Positions 12,831 through 24,240 of a stretch of DNA of 33,116 nucleotides are shown here, in pieces. The stretch is from NCBI GenBank assembly GCA_020137815.1, contig WFME01000017.1:1-33116 (forward strand). Direction: 5' to 3'. The stretch is from Hormiphora californensis. Its lineage: Eukaryota > Animalia > Ctenophora. The notes under the pieces were generated by a model that saw nothing but the letters and a program-made list of their open reading frames with translations, was not told the origin of the DNA and made no database searches. Position numbers and translations under genes: made by a program. The number at the start of each line of letters is the position of its first letter. The first letter of the stretch is position 1.

Positions 12831-14986
12831 GTAAGAAGTAAGGGATTATTAATGTTAACTTGATATGAACTTAGAACCTGAAGGTAACGACGTGAGGGAT
12901 TGTTAATACTTGATGTTAACTTTGGAACCCTGAAGGTAAGACGTGAGGGATTGTTAATACTGATGTTAACTTTAGAACCTGAAGGTAAGAAGTGAGGGAT
13001 GTTAATACTTGATTGTTAACTTAATTGAACTTGAGAACCCGCAATGGCAACCCCGCTCCTCTTAATATTTACTTTTGTGACTCTCATAATTCTATAAACA
13101 TAACAAAATTAAGCAAATATTGATTCCCTGACGAACGAAATGTTTCTCCCACGCCCTTCTCAGGTACAAGATGCATCAAGAGGAGGTACTAAAGGTTGTT
13201 CTAGTGGTTGGGAGTTCAAGATTGAAGGTCTACAGGGATCTCATGATGTTGATATTACCGTGACTGATAGTAAAGACGGGAAACTGTTTGCCAAGGAGAA
13301 GGTATGTTACCGCGTCACTATTTGTCACCAATTGCCACTATTTGTCACTATTTGTCACTACTTTTTACCAATTGCCACTATTTGTCACTATTTGTCACTA
13401 TTTGTCACTATTTGTCGCTATTTGTCACTATTTGTCACTATTTGTCATCAATTGTCACCAATTACCACTATTTGTCACCAATTACCACTATTTGTCACTA
13501 TTTGTCACTATTTGTCACTATTTGTCACTATTTGTCACTATTTGTCACCATGGCAACCCCGCTCCTCTCCCCGGTATGTGGTATGTGGTATGAGTGTGGT
13601 ACATATGAGCGTATAATACCAGTACCTTGTAATGTTTATCCCTCTGGTGAGAGAGAGGGTCGAGCAAGAAAGACACATCGAGAATGGGGGAATAGGAGAC
13701 ATGGGGAAATGAAGGGAGTTGTGAAATCTGAATTAAAATATCCTTTAATTCTTCCAAATCTAAGCTGTTCTCATCCCAGGCTGAAAGTGGAAAGTTTGCC
13801 TTCACGCTGGACGATTATGATATGTTCAGTGTATGTTTTAAAGGTCAACGGAAATCCGAGGTAAGACAAGTTTAGATAATTGACATGAGCTTTCGAGAAC
13901 ACTTTGTTTCACACGTCTTCAGGTTTAGACAGTTTTAGATAGTGGGGGTGGATTATACCCTAAAAAGTATTTTTAGCCAATTTCTGGAGGAGATATTTTT
14001 ATAATTTCCTGACACACTAATTACTTTAGGTGACAGGGAGGAGTCCCCCTGCCCCGGATCTCGATGTGAATTTATCTATCAAGAGGGGAGTTGAAGCGAA
14101 GGCTTACAATGAAATCTCAAAGGTAATGAAACAATATGTGTCTCGGTTGTCAATCCGCCTGGCTTCCGTTTTGGCAAACCTCATCATCCTAGCATTCAAA
14201 AAAAGAAAGAGATGGTGAAAGAGAGAACGAATGTGGCAAAATCAGCCAATAAAATCACTAACCCATTACCAGGCTGAAAAGTTGAAGCCCATGGAACTGG
14301 AATTGAAGAAACTAGAAGATCTATCTGAAGCTATTGTTAACGATTTCCAGTACATGAAATCTCGAGAGAAGCTGATGAGGGATACTAATGGTAGGAAGTT
14401 GAAAATGCTATTACGATTTACAATGTGGACTCCACATTATAGAGTCCACATAGAATTACAGTTGTCCGTAATTGTGGACAAAATCTTAAGTCCTGGTAAC
14501 CAATCCACCACTCCTGGAACATCTCATAAACCCCCTATAAAATATTCAATCTTGGTTGTTCTGGTAACAAGAGTTGGTCGTTGTGAGACATTAGATTGTG
14601 CCACGTTAGGGCACAATCTCATACTTTGCGTAGCGCGCGGTGTCACCCACTTACAAATTCCCGCGCTAACTCGATGACGCGCACAACCTGCCACGTCTGT
14701 GTGTGTCCAGGATTGAAAACTCCACTGCTCCCACTCCTCCGGGAGACCTCCGCCTCCCACTTCAACAACTTTGGGCAAGTTATCCACCAGACGCAGCACT
14801 CACAAGCAGACTCACAATCCCCCCAACAATTTTACAACTTCTAACACCCCATTTACCATTTCAGAATCCACCAACAGTCGAGTCCTCTGGTTCAGTGTAT
14901 TCTCTATGGCAGTTTTACTTGGTCTAGCTCTATGGCAGGTGTTCTACCTCAAACGATTCTTCAAGGCCAAGAAGTTGATCGAATGA
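12748..14986 (+). CDS. TMED10: p24 delta / TMP21 transmembrane emp24 (GOLD) domain cargo receptor, 6 exons: 12748-12830, 13164-13301, 13780-13860, 14030-14122, 14273-14390, 14865-14986
   Basis: Spliced translation gives signal peptide [112 protein letters not shown], a TM segment and the tail [13 protein letters not shown]. All match TMED10 from recall. GT-AG boundaries; phases are consistent for exons 3-6. Exons 1-2 need a few small indel corrections (probable read error). Confidence 0.95.
12815..13040 (+). repeat. About 50-bp tandem repeat (4 copies plus partial) spanning the exon 1 donor site
   Basis: CCTGAAGGTAA recurs at 12824, 12877, 12929 and 12978, each followed by ...GGGAT(T)RTTAAT...AACTT. 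Confidence 0.85.
13164..13301 (+). CDS. TMED10: TMED10 exon 2 (GOLD domain N-part)
   Basis: TTCTCAG| acceptor; (G)[45 protein letters not shown] after restoring two single-base deletions; |GTATG donor. Confidence 0.85.
13314..13550 (+). repeat. 10-bp minisatellite (TTTGTCACTA)n in TMED10 intron 2
   Basis: About 23 copies visible, with variants ATTGCCACTA / ATTACCACTA. Confidence 0.95.
13780..13860 (+). CDS. TMED10: TMED10 exon 3
   Basis: CCCAG|; [27 protein letters not shown]; |GTAAG. Confidence 0.93.
14030..14122 (+). CDS. TMED10: TMED10 exon 4
   Basis: TTTAG|; [31 protein letters not shown]; |GTAATG. Confidence 0.92.
14273..14390 (+). CDS. TMED10: TMED10 exon 5 (coiled coil)
   Basis: CCAG|; [39 protein letters not shown]; phase 1 |GTAGG. 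Confidence 0.95.
14865..14986 (+). CDS. TMED10: TMED10 exon 6 (TM helix and FF/KKXX-like tail)
   Basis: TTTCAG|; [40 protein letters not shown]. Confidence 0.96.
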
Positions 14987-15739
14987 GATGGGGAATTCTT
15001 AGAAAAGGGACAGTTTATTTGCAGAGTGAGACTGATTTGGGTAGGATTCCTACTAGGAAGGGAGGGGTGTGAGGGAAAGAGAGAGGAGAGACTGAGAGAG
15101 GGGGAGAAAGTGACTGGGGATATTCCGGCGCTTGTTTCACTCGAAGTTTTTATTGTTATAGGATATAAATATATTTTGTTGTAATTGGAATCTCAGAGTT
15201 TAAGATTTTGTTGCAACAATTCATGTCAAAAGGTGGCCTGAAATTCAAACGGGTTTCTTGCAGCACTGGTAAAGAACTGTAGACCTTATCAATGTGTCGG
15301 TGGATCGAGGCACGTGTCACCCTAAACTGCGGATAGGCCAGTATTTTCCTGTTTGTAGAATACTAATGTTTTTACTCTGTCTGACTCTGTCAGGCCAATT
15401 CTCTGACCACGGTTCTAGTGCGCTCTTATCTGTAAGAGATGAGAATATAGGGTCAGGCCAATTCTCTGACAGATCTGACTCCACTCTCCGCTGTTTGTCC
15501 AGGGGTGGCGTCTAGACGCCAGACGGGTCTACAAAGTCGACCATTATATCATATCATATACTAGAGAGCCCAGGCAAAAGACCCAAAACTCCTCTCGCCC
15601 CCTACTGACTCCCCCCACCCCTGTCGAATCCTCTCAATATCTACTGACTGCTCTCGCCCCAAATTATTGAATACTCATTCCTCAACACCCTCCTCCCCCC
15701 CGCCCCCGGGCTATGTTGACCAACTCACCCAGTAAACCT

Positions 15740-15830
15740 AAGAGCGAAAGAGCGAGAGACGAGCGAGATGAGAGAGCGAGAGAGAGACGAAGATCGAGAA
15801 GAGAGCGGAGAGGAGAGAGAGAGCAGAGCG

Positions 15831-15886
<56 letters not shown>

Positions 15887-16013
15887 CAGTAGGAGAGAGA
15901 GCGAGAGCGAGAGCGAGGAGAGAGATCGAGAGATAGAGAGGAGAAAGAGTAGAGAGATATCTTCGGAGAGCTCGATCGATCTCTATCTCTCTCTCTCTCG
16001 TCTCTCTTCTCTC

Positions 16014-16052
<39 letters not shown>
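15740..16052. repeat. (GA)n followed by (TC)n microsatellite
   Basis: Direct reading. Confidence 0.9.
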
Positions 16053-16055
<3 letters not shown>

Positions 16056-16107
16056 GTCCGTACTGCTAGTCCACTGCTAGTCCACTAGAGCTAGTCCAGT
16101 AGTCCAC

Positions 16108-19100
16108 TTTCTTAAAGATAAAGAGGTCAAAGTGGGAAAGTTTCTAAGAGATTAGGAGGTCAAAGTGGGACAAGTTTCTTAGAGATAAGAAGGTCAAAGT
16201 GGGAAAGTTTCTTAGAGATAAGGGGGTAAAAATGGGAAAGTTTCTTAGAGATAAGGAGGTCAAAGTGGGAAAGTTTCTTAAAGATGAGGAGGTCAAAGTG
16301 GGAAAGTTTCTTAGAGATAAGGAGATCAAAATGGGAAAGTTTCTTAGAGATAAGAAGGTCAAAGTGGGAAAGTTTCTTAGAGATAAGGAGGTCAAAATGG
16401 GAAAGTTTCTTAGAGATAAGGAGGTCAAAATGGAAAAGTTTCCTATAGATAAGGGGGTAAAAATGGGAAACTTTCTTAGAGATAAGGAGGTCAAAGTGGG
16501 AAAGTTTCTTAGAGATAAGGAGGTCAAAGTGGGAAAGTTTCTTAAAGATAAGGAGATCAAAATGGGAAAGTTTCTTAGATATAAGGAGGTCAAAGTGGGA
16601 AAGTTTCTTAGAGATAAGGGGGTAAAAATGGGAAAGTTTCTTAGAGATAAGGAGGTCAAAGTGGGAAAAGTTTCCTAGAAATTAGGAGGTCAAAGTGGGA
16701 AAGTTTCTTAGAGATAAGGAGGTGAAAATGGGAAAGTTTCTTAGAGATTAGGAGGTCAAAGTGGATAAGTTTCTTAGAGATAAGGAGGTCAAAGTGGGAC
16801 AAGTTTCTAAGAGATAAGGAGGTCAAAGTGGGACAAGTTTCTTATAGATAAGAAGGTCAAAGTGGGAAAGTTTCTTAGAGATAAGGAGGTCAAAGTGGGA
16901 CAAGTTTCTTATAGATAAGAAGGTCAAAGTGGGAAAGTTTCTTAGAGATAAGGGGGTAAAAATGGGAAAGTTTCTTAGAGATAAGGAGGTCAAAGTGGGA
17001 AAGTTTTTTAGAGATAAGGAGGTCAAAGTGGGAAAGTTTCTTAGAGATAAGGAGGTCAAAGTGGGAAAGTTTCTTAGAGATAAGGAGATCCAAATGGGAA
17101 AGTTTCTTAGATATAAGGAGGTCAAAGTGGGAAAGTTTCTTAGAGATAAGGAGGTCAAAGTGGGACAAGTTTCTAAGAGATAAGGAGGTCAAAGTGGGAC
17201 AAGTTTCTTAGAGATAAGAAGGTCAAAGTGGGAAAGTTTCTTAGAGATAAGGGGGTAAAAATGGGAAAGTTTCTTAGAGATAAGGAGGTCAAAGTGGGAA
17301 AGTTTCTTAGAGATAAGGAGGTCAAAGTGGGAAAGTTTCTTCGAGATAAGGAGATCAAAATGGGAAAGTTTCTTAGAGATAAGGAGGTCAAAGTGGGAAA
17401 GTTTCTTAGAGATAAGGAGGTCAAAATGGGAAAGTTTCTTAGAGATAAGGAGGTCAAAATGGAAAAGTTTCTTATAGATAAGGGGGTAAAAATGGGAAAC
17501 TTTCTTAGAGATAAGGAGGTCAAAGTGGGAAAGTTTCTTAGAGATAAGGAGGTCAAAGTGGGAAAGTTTTTTAGAGATAAGGAGGTCAAAGTGGGAAAGT
17601 TTCTTAGAGATAAGGAGGTCAAAGTGGGAAAGTTTCTTAGAGATAAGGAGATCCAAATGGGAAAGTTTCTTAGATATAAGGAGGTCAAAGTGGGAAAGTT
17701 TCTTAGAGATAAGGAGGCTAAAGTAGGACAAGTTTCTTAGAGATTAGGAGGCTAAAGTAGGACAAGTTTCTTAGAGATAAGGAGGTCAAAGTGGGACAAG
17801 TTTCTTAGAGAGGGAAAGTTTTTCTTAGAGAAATGGGTACAAAATGGGGAACGTTTCTTAGAGATAAGTATGGGGGCGCGGTGGTCAAAATGGAAAGGCT
17901 TTTCTTAGGAGATAAGGAGGGTCAAAGTGGGAAAGTTTCTAAAGATAAGGAAGTAAGTGGGAAAGTTCTTAGAGAAGGGAGGTCAAGTGGGAAAGTTTCT
18001 TAGGAGTTAGGAGCTAAAGTGGACAAGTTTCTTAATTAGGAGGCTAAAGTAGGACAAGTTCTAGAGATAAGGAGTTCAAAAGTGGGACAGTGTTTCTTAG
18101 AGTAAAGGGGGGTCAACAGGTGGGAAACCGTTTCTAAGATAAGGAGGTTCAAAGGGCACAAAGTTTCTAAGAGATTAGCAGGTAAAATGGGACATTTCTT
18201 AGAGATAAGGAGGTCAAAGTGGGGAAGTGTTTCTTAGAGTAGACGGAGGTCAAAAATGGGAAATGTTTCTAGAGATTAGAAGTCAAAGGGGAAAGTTTCT
18301 TAGAGATAAGGGGGTTCAAAAATGGGAAAGTTCTTAGAGTAGGGTGTCAAAGTGGGAAGTTTCTTAGAGATAGAGTGGGGCAAATGGAGAAAGTTTTTTA
18401 GAAGAAGACGGGTCAAAATGGCAAAAGTTTTTGCATTAGTAGATAGGAGGTCAAGTGGGAAAGTTTCTTAGAGATAAGGTAGGTTTCAAAGTCCTGAGAA
18501 GTTCTTAGAGATAAGGAAGTCACAAAGTCGGTGGGAAAGTTCTTCGAGAAATGGGAGTGTCGTCAACAGTGGGAAACACTTTTCTAGAGAGTTAGAGGCC
18601 TACGAAGTAGGACATTAGATTTTCTTAGAGATAAGGAGGTCAAAGTGGGAAAGTTTTCTTAGAGAAGGAGGTCAAAGTGGAAAGTCTTAGAGATTAGGAG
18701 GCTAAAGTAGGGACAAGTTTCTTAGAGATAGGAGGCTAAAGTAGGACAAGTTTCTTAGAGATAAGGGACGGTCAAAGTGGGACAAGTTTCTTAGCGAAAG
18801 GGGGTTTCAAAGTGGGAAAGTTTCTCATAGATAAGGATAAGGTCAAAGTGGCAAGTTCTAAGAGATTAAGCAGGTTAATGGGACAGTTTCTTAGAGATAA
18901 GGAGGTCAAGTGGGAAAGTTTCTTAGAGATAAGGAGGTCAAATGGGAAAGGTCTTAGAGATTAGGAGGTCAAAGTGGGAAAGTTTCTGAGAGATAAGGGG
19001 GTCAAAATGGAAAGTTTCTTAGAGATTAGAGGTCAAGTGGGAAAAGTTTCATTAGAGAGATAAGGGGTTCAACATGGGAAAGTTTCTTAGAGATAAGGAG

Positions 19101-20127
19101 GTCAAAATGGCAAAGTTTCTTAGAGATAAGGAGGTCAAAGTGGAAAGTTTTCTTAGAGATAAGGAGGTCAAAGTTGGAAAGTTTCGTAGAGATAAGGGGA
19201 AGTCAAAGTGGGAACGTTTCTTAGAGAAAGGGAGGTCAAAAGTGGGAAAGTTTCTTAGAGATTAGGATGTAAAGTAGGACAAGGTTCTTAGAGAATAAGG
19301 AGGTCAAAGTGGGACAAGGTTTTGAGAGATAAGGGGGTCAAGTGGGAAAGATTCTTATAGATAAGGGAGGTCAAAGTGGCAAAGTTTTCTAAGAGATTAG
19401 GGAGTTTAAAAGGGACAGTTCTTAGAGGTTAGGATTGTTCAAAATTGGGAAAGTTTCTTAGAGATAAGGAGGTCAAAGTGGGAAAGTTTCTTAGAGATAA
19501 GGAGGTCAAAATGGGAAAGTTTCTTAGAGATTAGGAGGTCAAAGTGGGAAAGTTTCTAAGGGGAAACTCTAACTGAATGGCATCCCATTAATGGGATTCC
19601 ATCAACAGTAAAACTCTAACTGATAATGGACCACAGTGATGGTTCTTTCTCTGTATTCTCTCTGTGTGCGCGCCCGTGCCCGGGCATGCCCTATATTTCT
19701 TTCTCTGTATTCTCTCTGTAGGCAGTACATAGATGTACTGCCTACAGAGAGAATACAGAGAAAGAACCATCACTGTGGTCCATTATCAGTTAGAGTTTTA
19801 CTGTTGATGGGATCCCATTAATGGGATGCCATTCAGTTAGAGTTTCCCCTTAGAGATAAGGGGGTCAAAATGGGAAAGTTTCTTAGAGATTAGGAGGTCA
19901 AAGTGGGAAAGTTTCTTAGAGATAAGGAGGACAAAGTGGGAAAAGTTTCTTAGAGATAAGAAGGTCAAAGTGGAACAAGTTTCTTAGAGATAAGGAGGTC
20001 AAAGTGGGACAAGTTTCTTAGAGATTAGGAGGTGAAAGTGGGACAAGTTTCTTAGAGATAAGGAGGTCAAAGTGGGAAAGTTTCTTAGATATTAGGAGGT
20101 CAAAGTAGGAAAGTTTCTTAGAGATAA
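16108..20127 (+). repeat. 33-bp satellite GATAAGGAGGTCAAAGTGGGAAAGTTTCTTAGA, left part
   Basis: Direct reading. Clean 16108-17810, indel-rich 17810-19440, interrupted by a MITE at 19560-19849. Confidence 0.97.
19560..19849. mobile_element. 290-bp palindromic MITE inserted in the 33-bp satellite (GGGGAAACTCTAAC...GTTAGAGTTTCCCC), TAA/TTA flanks, possibly PIF/Harbinger-type
   Basis: About 105-bp terminal inverted arms plus an inner hairpin. Satellite phase resumes on both sides. Superfamily inferred only from GGG termini and TWA flanks, which are not identical. Confidence 0.85.
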
Positions 20128-20337
20128 CCCCATCAGAATGTCGCTCGGCAATTTCCGCATTGGCTCGGTGATTGGTTCGGTAACAACAAGTGGTTTGCCG
20201 AGCCATGCGGCCTTGTGCGGTAAGTTTTCGGCGACCTCCTTGACTGTCCGAACCATGCTGGTTCGGCAAACCACCTGTTGTTCCCAAGCCGTATCCCGAG
20301 CGAATGCGGAAATTGCCGAGCGACATTCTGATGAGGG
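20128..20337. mobile_element. 210-bp MITE copy 1, about 35-bp TIR CCC(Y)CATCAGAATGTCGCTCGGCAATTTCCGCATT; CMC/EnSpm-like
   Basis: TIRs visible; near-identical copy at 31828-32036. CCC termini with 2-bp TSD are known for animal CMC/EnSpm elements. Confidence 0.85.
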
Positions 20338-20369
20338 TTTGGTCATTTTTTGAGGTTGCCGCGCATTGT

Positions 20370-20975
20370 TAAGATTTATAAAGATTTATAATGATTTATA
20401 AAGATTTGTAATGATTTGTAAAGATTTGTATAGATTTATTTAGTAAATGCTTTATTCCCAAGCCCCTTCAGCTCAGGCTTGCTGCCTGCGCGCATATGAT
20501 TCTCTGAATCCATGTAGACCCCAGTCCTCATCCTGGACGCCCGAAAACGTGAAAATCCAAAAGTGAAAAGACCAAAGATAGACTCTGGAACTACCCATGG
20601 TGACGCAATCACCCTTACAACTCGCGTACGTAGCGCGCCAAAACGAAGCCCACGTAGCAGAGAGGTGACGGCGCCACCAACAACTACCCATGATCTCGCT
20701 TCTCCGGTTTAGGAGTTGGTGGTTCCTCGACTCAATCAAAATCTCCATCTTTTCGGTAGTGCACAGGTCACATAACCGATCCCCAATTCTGTACGGTCTT
20801 CCCTTTTTCCTTCCCGAATGTGATCCCCTTGTCTTTCAACTCCCAAACCTTTTCAGACAGCCTTGTAGATGTTATTTTTTCGGAGTTGTTGAATATGTGC
20901 TTGTGCTGGTTGAATCGGGTTTTAAATGAGTTCCCTGTTAACCCGATAGTGATTGATAGTGAGACGGATTCCATG
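20370..20975 (-). mobile_element. Degenerate 3' fragment of a Penelope-like retroelement (GIY-YIG endonuclease), with AATAAA (20451-20456) and a 10-bp tandem tail (20370-20440)
   Basis: Minus-strand frames give IGLTGNSFKTRFNQHKHIF..STRLSEKVWELKDKG, then CDLCTTEKMEILIE..LLNRRSEIMGSC..RH, the typical Penelope-like endonuclease C-terminus. Frameshifted. Confidence 0.8.
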
Positions 20976-21049
20976 AATTATTGTGTGAAGTTCATTTAAA
21001 AGAAAATTAATACCACAGGAGCACTAATAAAAGCAAGCAAAGCATGTAA

Positions 21050-23200
21050 TATTAAAAATTTTTAAAAAATGGGGACCGAAATTTAACCGAAAGAGGGTCA
21101 AAAAGATCCCCCCGATTTTTAAACCGGGCCCCCCGTTTCCGTTTCCCAAAAATGGCTTCCCCCCCGAGGTCCCGGTAAATGGGGGGGCCCCCGACTGCTA
21201 CCTTTGTATACCTTTCCCCCCCCGTTTCCAGATATCTAAGAGAGGACACTGACGAGCTTAAAGGGGGGAGCCCCTTTTTTTTTATGGATAGAATATTGAG
21301 TGCGGGATCGAGAGAGTTTTTGTGTCCGTACCATGTGAAATTTCCCACCGCCCAGACCCAGAGTAGGAGGGAATTACCATAGTACTAAAATCGATCACCA
21401 AAAAATTGTTTTTTGAGGAAAAAAATTCGTGGGAAATTCAGTTTTAAGTTAGTCATCAATTTACACCATTGGGGCAGGGGAAAACAGCATTATAAAAATA
21501 ATAATTCCCCAAAAAATTGGGGAAAAAAAAAATGAAAAAACCGGAGATTTGAAAAAAATTATTCACAGAATTGTAAATTCCCCCATGTTTGCAATAGAAG
21601 AAAACAAAAACAAAAGGGGGGGGGGGCACCGGGGGTGGAAGCGAACTCATACCTAAGCAAAATTAAAAAATTTGGTAAAAATGGTAGGGGTTTTGAAAAG
21701 GGACGAGTACCCGCCAAAAGGCGGCGAAGGGGGGGGGGGCCCTGAGCAGGTAAAAAGAGGGGGGGGTGGGAGGCAAATAAGAATGTCGGAGAAAATCAGT
21801 TAAAAAGAAAAAAAAAAAAGGTGTTTGCTAGGTTTTGATTCTTTATCATCGAAAAAAAAAACGCAGGTGGGGCGGAAATTAGATATCACGTAAGAGTGGC
21901 CCTGGAGCGTCTCTTAAGTTGGTGGAAAATCAACACCAGGTGCGCACGTTCTGATTTTTTTATGGGGGATGCATGTTATGTTTTAGTAAAAGGTAGATTC
22001 GCCCCGCGGGGGCTGTTTTACAGGACGGATAGACACCCCAAGGGGGGGGGGGAAAGGGAAAGCGAGGAAGGCAAGGGGAAAATTCCAAAGGAAATTAAAA
22101 GGGGCACATTAAAAGATTTTAAAAGGAAACCACATGGGGGTTTTAAAATTTTAAAAACCCCTTGGTTTGGTTTTTCAAAGGTTTTTGGGAAAAAGGGGGG
22201 ATTGGGGAAAAAGCCCACATGAGGGTTTTTTAAGGGGGGTTTTGGGTTTAACCAAAGGGGGAGAAGTCACAATTAAATTGGTTTAAAATCCAAAAAAACC
22301 CCCGGGGGTTTTTTTTTTAAATTTTAAAATTTTAAAAAAATTTTTTTTTTTTTTGAAAAAACCCCGGGCCCCTTTAAAACCCTTAAAGTTTTTAAAGCCC
22401 CCCCCCGGGGGGTTGTTTAATGGGGGCCCCGGGGGTTAAAAAAGGGGGGGGAAAAAAAAAACCCGGGAAAAAAACCCCAAGGGGGAAAAAAAAAAAAATT
22501 TCAAAAACAAAAAAAAAGGTTGTTTAGGAAAGGGGGGGGGGGAAAAAAAAGGGGGGTTTCCCCCCCAAGGGGGGGGGAAAAAAGGGGGGGCCCCAAAAAA
22601 AAGAAAGGAGGAAAAGAAAAAAAACAAAACCAAAAAAAAGGGGCCCGGGGTTTGCCCCCAACCAACCGAAAAAAACCCCCCCCCGAAAAAAAAAAAAAAG
22701 GGCCCGGGGAAAAAGGGGAAAAAAAAAACCCCCCCCCCCCCCCCCCCCCTTTTTTTCCCCCCAAATTTTAAGGGGAACCCGGGGAGGGGGGGGGCCCCTT
22801 TTCCCCAAAAAAATTTGAAAAAAGGCACGGGAAAAGGAAGAAGGGAAAAAATTTTTTTAAAAGGGAAAAATTCCCCCAAAAAAAAAAACCCCCCCCGTTT
22901 TCCCAAAAGGTTTGGGTTTGAATTGAAGGGGAAAAGAACCAAATTTGGGGTTTGGGGGGAAAAAAAAGGAAAAGGGGGGAGGGAAGAGAAATTTCCCAAA
23001 AGGGGGGGAGAAAGGGGGGAACAAAAGGAGGGGGGGGGTTTTTTTTTTAAAAAAAAAAAGGGAAAGGGGAAAAAAAAGGGGGGGGGAGGAAAAAGGTACA
23101 AGGACCCAAAAAAAGGTTTTTAAAACCCAACCCCCCGGGGGTTTTTTTTTGGGAAAAAGGAAGGGCGTTTAAAAGGGGAGGCCGGGTTGGGTTTTTTTTT
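21050..23200. other. Low-quality homopolymer-dominated tract, probably sequencing or consensus failure
   Basis: Runs of A, C, G and T dominate. Corrupted versions of neighbouring repeats are recognisable at both edges (about 21100-21200 and 23160-23240). Confidence 0.75.
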
Positions 23201-23712
23201 AACTAATGGGATGGAACTAATGGTAATATGGAGAATCTAAATATTTTCGAAATGATCTCAAATTGCCAGCAAAGTAAAAACAATGCTCCAAAGGGGCGGT
23301 GTTACACGTAACGCTTGGGTTGACATCTGATTTAGGTTCTATTCGACACCCATAATATGGGTGGAATTAAACAGTGACACGTGCAGTGTACTGAGTGAGC
23401 CCGTGAGAATGTGACATGCGGGCCTGGTTTCTGTGAGATGAAGTGATCGGATAGAGGAGCGGAGCACACATCAGAGGCCCAAAAAAATTTTTAATCAGTC
23501 CCATAGCAACATGAAGTGGTCATGACGGGGAAGTTATCATTCCAGGAATGCGCGCAGCGGAAGGAGAAGTAAAGAGTCGTGTTAGTAGCCACGGGTTGCG
23601 GGCGGCAATTCCGCCAGTTCCCGTAATTTTGGTCAGCACCATGCAGGACGCCATGAAATTCTTAATAAAGGGAGCATGTCCGTTAGAAAACGCACTGAAC
23701 AACGCTTCGAAT
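23160..23712. repeat. Deletion-rich copy of the element at 24241-24885
   Basis: Collinear matches such as CGAAATGATCTCAAATTGCCAGCAAAGTAAAAACAA and GGAAGTTATCATTCCAGGAATGCGCGCAGCGGAAGGAGAAG. Confidence 0.85.
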
Positions 23713-23964
23713 TCTTTTTAAATCGGGCGTCCGCTAATCGGGATCAAATACAAAATGTACAGTGTACCCCCTATTTTAACAAATCACGAAGTTTTATAGA
23801 AATCGAATTGTATCGCTGAAATAGTGTTTTTTAAAGTTTACTTACAATTCACGTCAATAAAATTTTTTCGGTATTGAGTTGATGAAAGTTGAAAACGATG
23901 CGCTCCCCGATTCCCCAGTTATTTTAGGGGCTAAATAAAACACAGGAACACTTCGAGGAATCGC

Positions 23965-24055
23965 TCTCTCTATCTCTCTACTCTTCTCTTATCCTTGAAG
24001 GAGAAAAGAGAGAGAAGAGAGAGAGGAGAGGAAGAGAGAGAGAGAGAGGGGAGAG

Positions 24056-24139
<84 letters not shown>

Positions 24140-24177
24140 GAACTCTGCGCTTCTCTAATAATCTCTCTCCTCCTCCC

Positions 24178-24217
<40 letters not shown>

Positions 24218-24237
24218 CTCTCTCTCTCTCTCTCTCC
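23965..24237. repeat. (GA)n then (TC)n microsatellite
   Basis: Direct reading. Confidence 0.9.
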
Positions 24238-24240
24238 CAA

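Noticed and set aside
12748-13301. TMED10 pseudogene
   Set aside because: Frameshifts are confined to exons 1-2 next to the indel-rich array. Exons 3-6 are intact and conserved, so read error is more likely; needs polishing to be sure.
13140-13864. Cys/His-rich ORFs ([10 protein letters not shown])n
   Set aside because: Translation of the 10-bp intronic minisatellite.
16144-17740. Leucine-rich-repeat protein (LTSLSLRNFPT)n or Lys-rich (GKFLRDKEVKV)n protein
   Set aside because: The 11-codon period comes from the 33-bp satellite. Frequent 34-bp variants break frame, there is no start or exon context, and transposons interrupt it.
21050-23200. Phe/Pro/Gly/Lys-rich ORFs and G-quadruplex cluster
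   Set aside because: Homopolymer-inflated sequence typical of base-calling failure; not interpretable.
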